A DNA stretch of 64,000 nucleotides, from assembly GCA_000182565.2 (NCBI GenBank), contig KQ257473.1. One strand, 5' to 3'. The DNA is from Spizellomyces punctatus DAOM BR117. Lineage: Eukaryota. Shown one piece after another: positions 63,465 to 64,000 of this stretch (within the stretch, counting starts at the first letter, position 1; each line of letters opens with the position of its first letter). Made by a program: the position numbers and the translations under genes. Below the pieces are notes generated by a model that worked only from the letters and a program-made list of their open reading frames with translations, had not been told where the DNA came from and searched no databases.

Positions 63465-64000
63465 CTAAAGATCTGTCGAATTGTTCCTCATGCATCCACC
63501 TGGGAGCAAAAATCGAAACCGCTCCTTTTTGGCAATTAAATGTTGTGGTAGGTGGATTGCAGATGCTGATTTATCTAGCTTGCCCCATTTGCTCCAGAAT
63601 TCCCTGTAGCTGTACGCCTCTGGCAGCATACCAAAGATATCAGATCCTTCGCAGATGACTTTTTGAATTCTTGTTTCATCAAGTAAGCCTTCATGTTTGA
63701 CTCGATCAGAGTGCGAGTAGGCTGTCATCTTGAAGACAAAGTCTTTTATTGTCCGAAAGCAGAATGAGCAATGCCATCCTGCATCAACTAGCAGAAAGTC
63801 GCTAGACCGAGAATGCCGATAATAGGTGGAGGAGGGCTCGTAACGGTGCAACTGAGCTCGCCAACTATCCATGCCATTTCCATAAGGAAACTCGAATGAA
63901 TACATGTATGATCGTAGTTGAAGATGCAGCGGAGACGGGATGCCCGTGCAGTTCCCAAGGAGTCCAATGGTGTGACGGGCAGGAATCTCGTCAACGTCCG
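63465..64000 (-). CDS. Glycosyltransferase family 17 (beta-1,4-GlcNAc transferase, MGAT3-like); 5' part lies outside the window
   Basis: DVDEIP, YSFEF, YRHSR, DAGWHCSFCFR, FKMTAYSHSDR, IQKVICEG.D.FGMLPE and FLLPGGC. Confidence 0.9.
   Translation of the reverse strand, partial: DVDEIPARHTIGLLGNCTGIPSPLHLQLRSYMYSFEFPYGNGMDSWRAQLHRYEPSSTYYRHSRSSDFLLVDAGWHCSFCFRTIKDFVFKMTAYSHSDRVKHEGLLDETRIQKVICEGSDIFGMLPEAYSYREFWSKWGKLDKSASAIHLPQHLIAKKERFRFLLPGGCMRNNSTDL

Noticed and set aside
1..64000. tRNA, rRNA, snoRNA, riboswitch or CRISPR features, and the many short antisense ORFs
   Set aside because: No convincing structural signature seen by eye (tRNAscan-SE and Infernal/Rfam would be decisive). The antisense ORFs are shadows of real exons.

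Overview
Gene-dense, intron-rich eukaryotic DNA with short GT-AG introns (mostly ~50-90 nt). It is most likely from a zoosporic (chytrid-type) fungus. This is an inference: fungal-type genes (Opi1, Rom2, YGR210C-type GTPase) sit next to a ciliary transition-zone gene (B9D1) and several genes better known from animals (CC2D1/Lgd, ZGPAT, FAM32A, MATH-BTB, ZFC3H1). I can support about 24 protein-coding genes, many in tight head-to-head or tail-to-tail pairs, plus a decayed Ty1/copia fragment. I found no tRNA, rRNA or CRISPR array. I did not find a clear new multi-gene system. The best leads are: (1) an unannotated TATA-driven, apparently spliced unit upstream of B9D1; (2) a hidden in-frame exon or alternative start inside the Ubl-BAG gene; (3) a G-alpha with no lipidation signal and a substitution at the RGS-sensitivity glycine; (4) a THADA/Trm732-like protein with a degenerate RRSAGLP motif; (5) a membrane-anchored haloalkane dehalogenase; (6) an E-box/UAS-INO-like cluster upstream of OPI1; (7) recurring ARE-like and X-box promoter motifs. 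Gene coordinates are start-to-stop spans including introns and were spliced by eye; some ends are uncertain.
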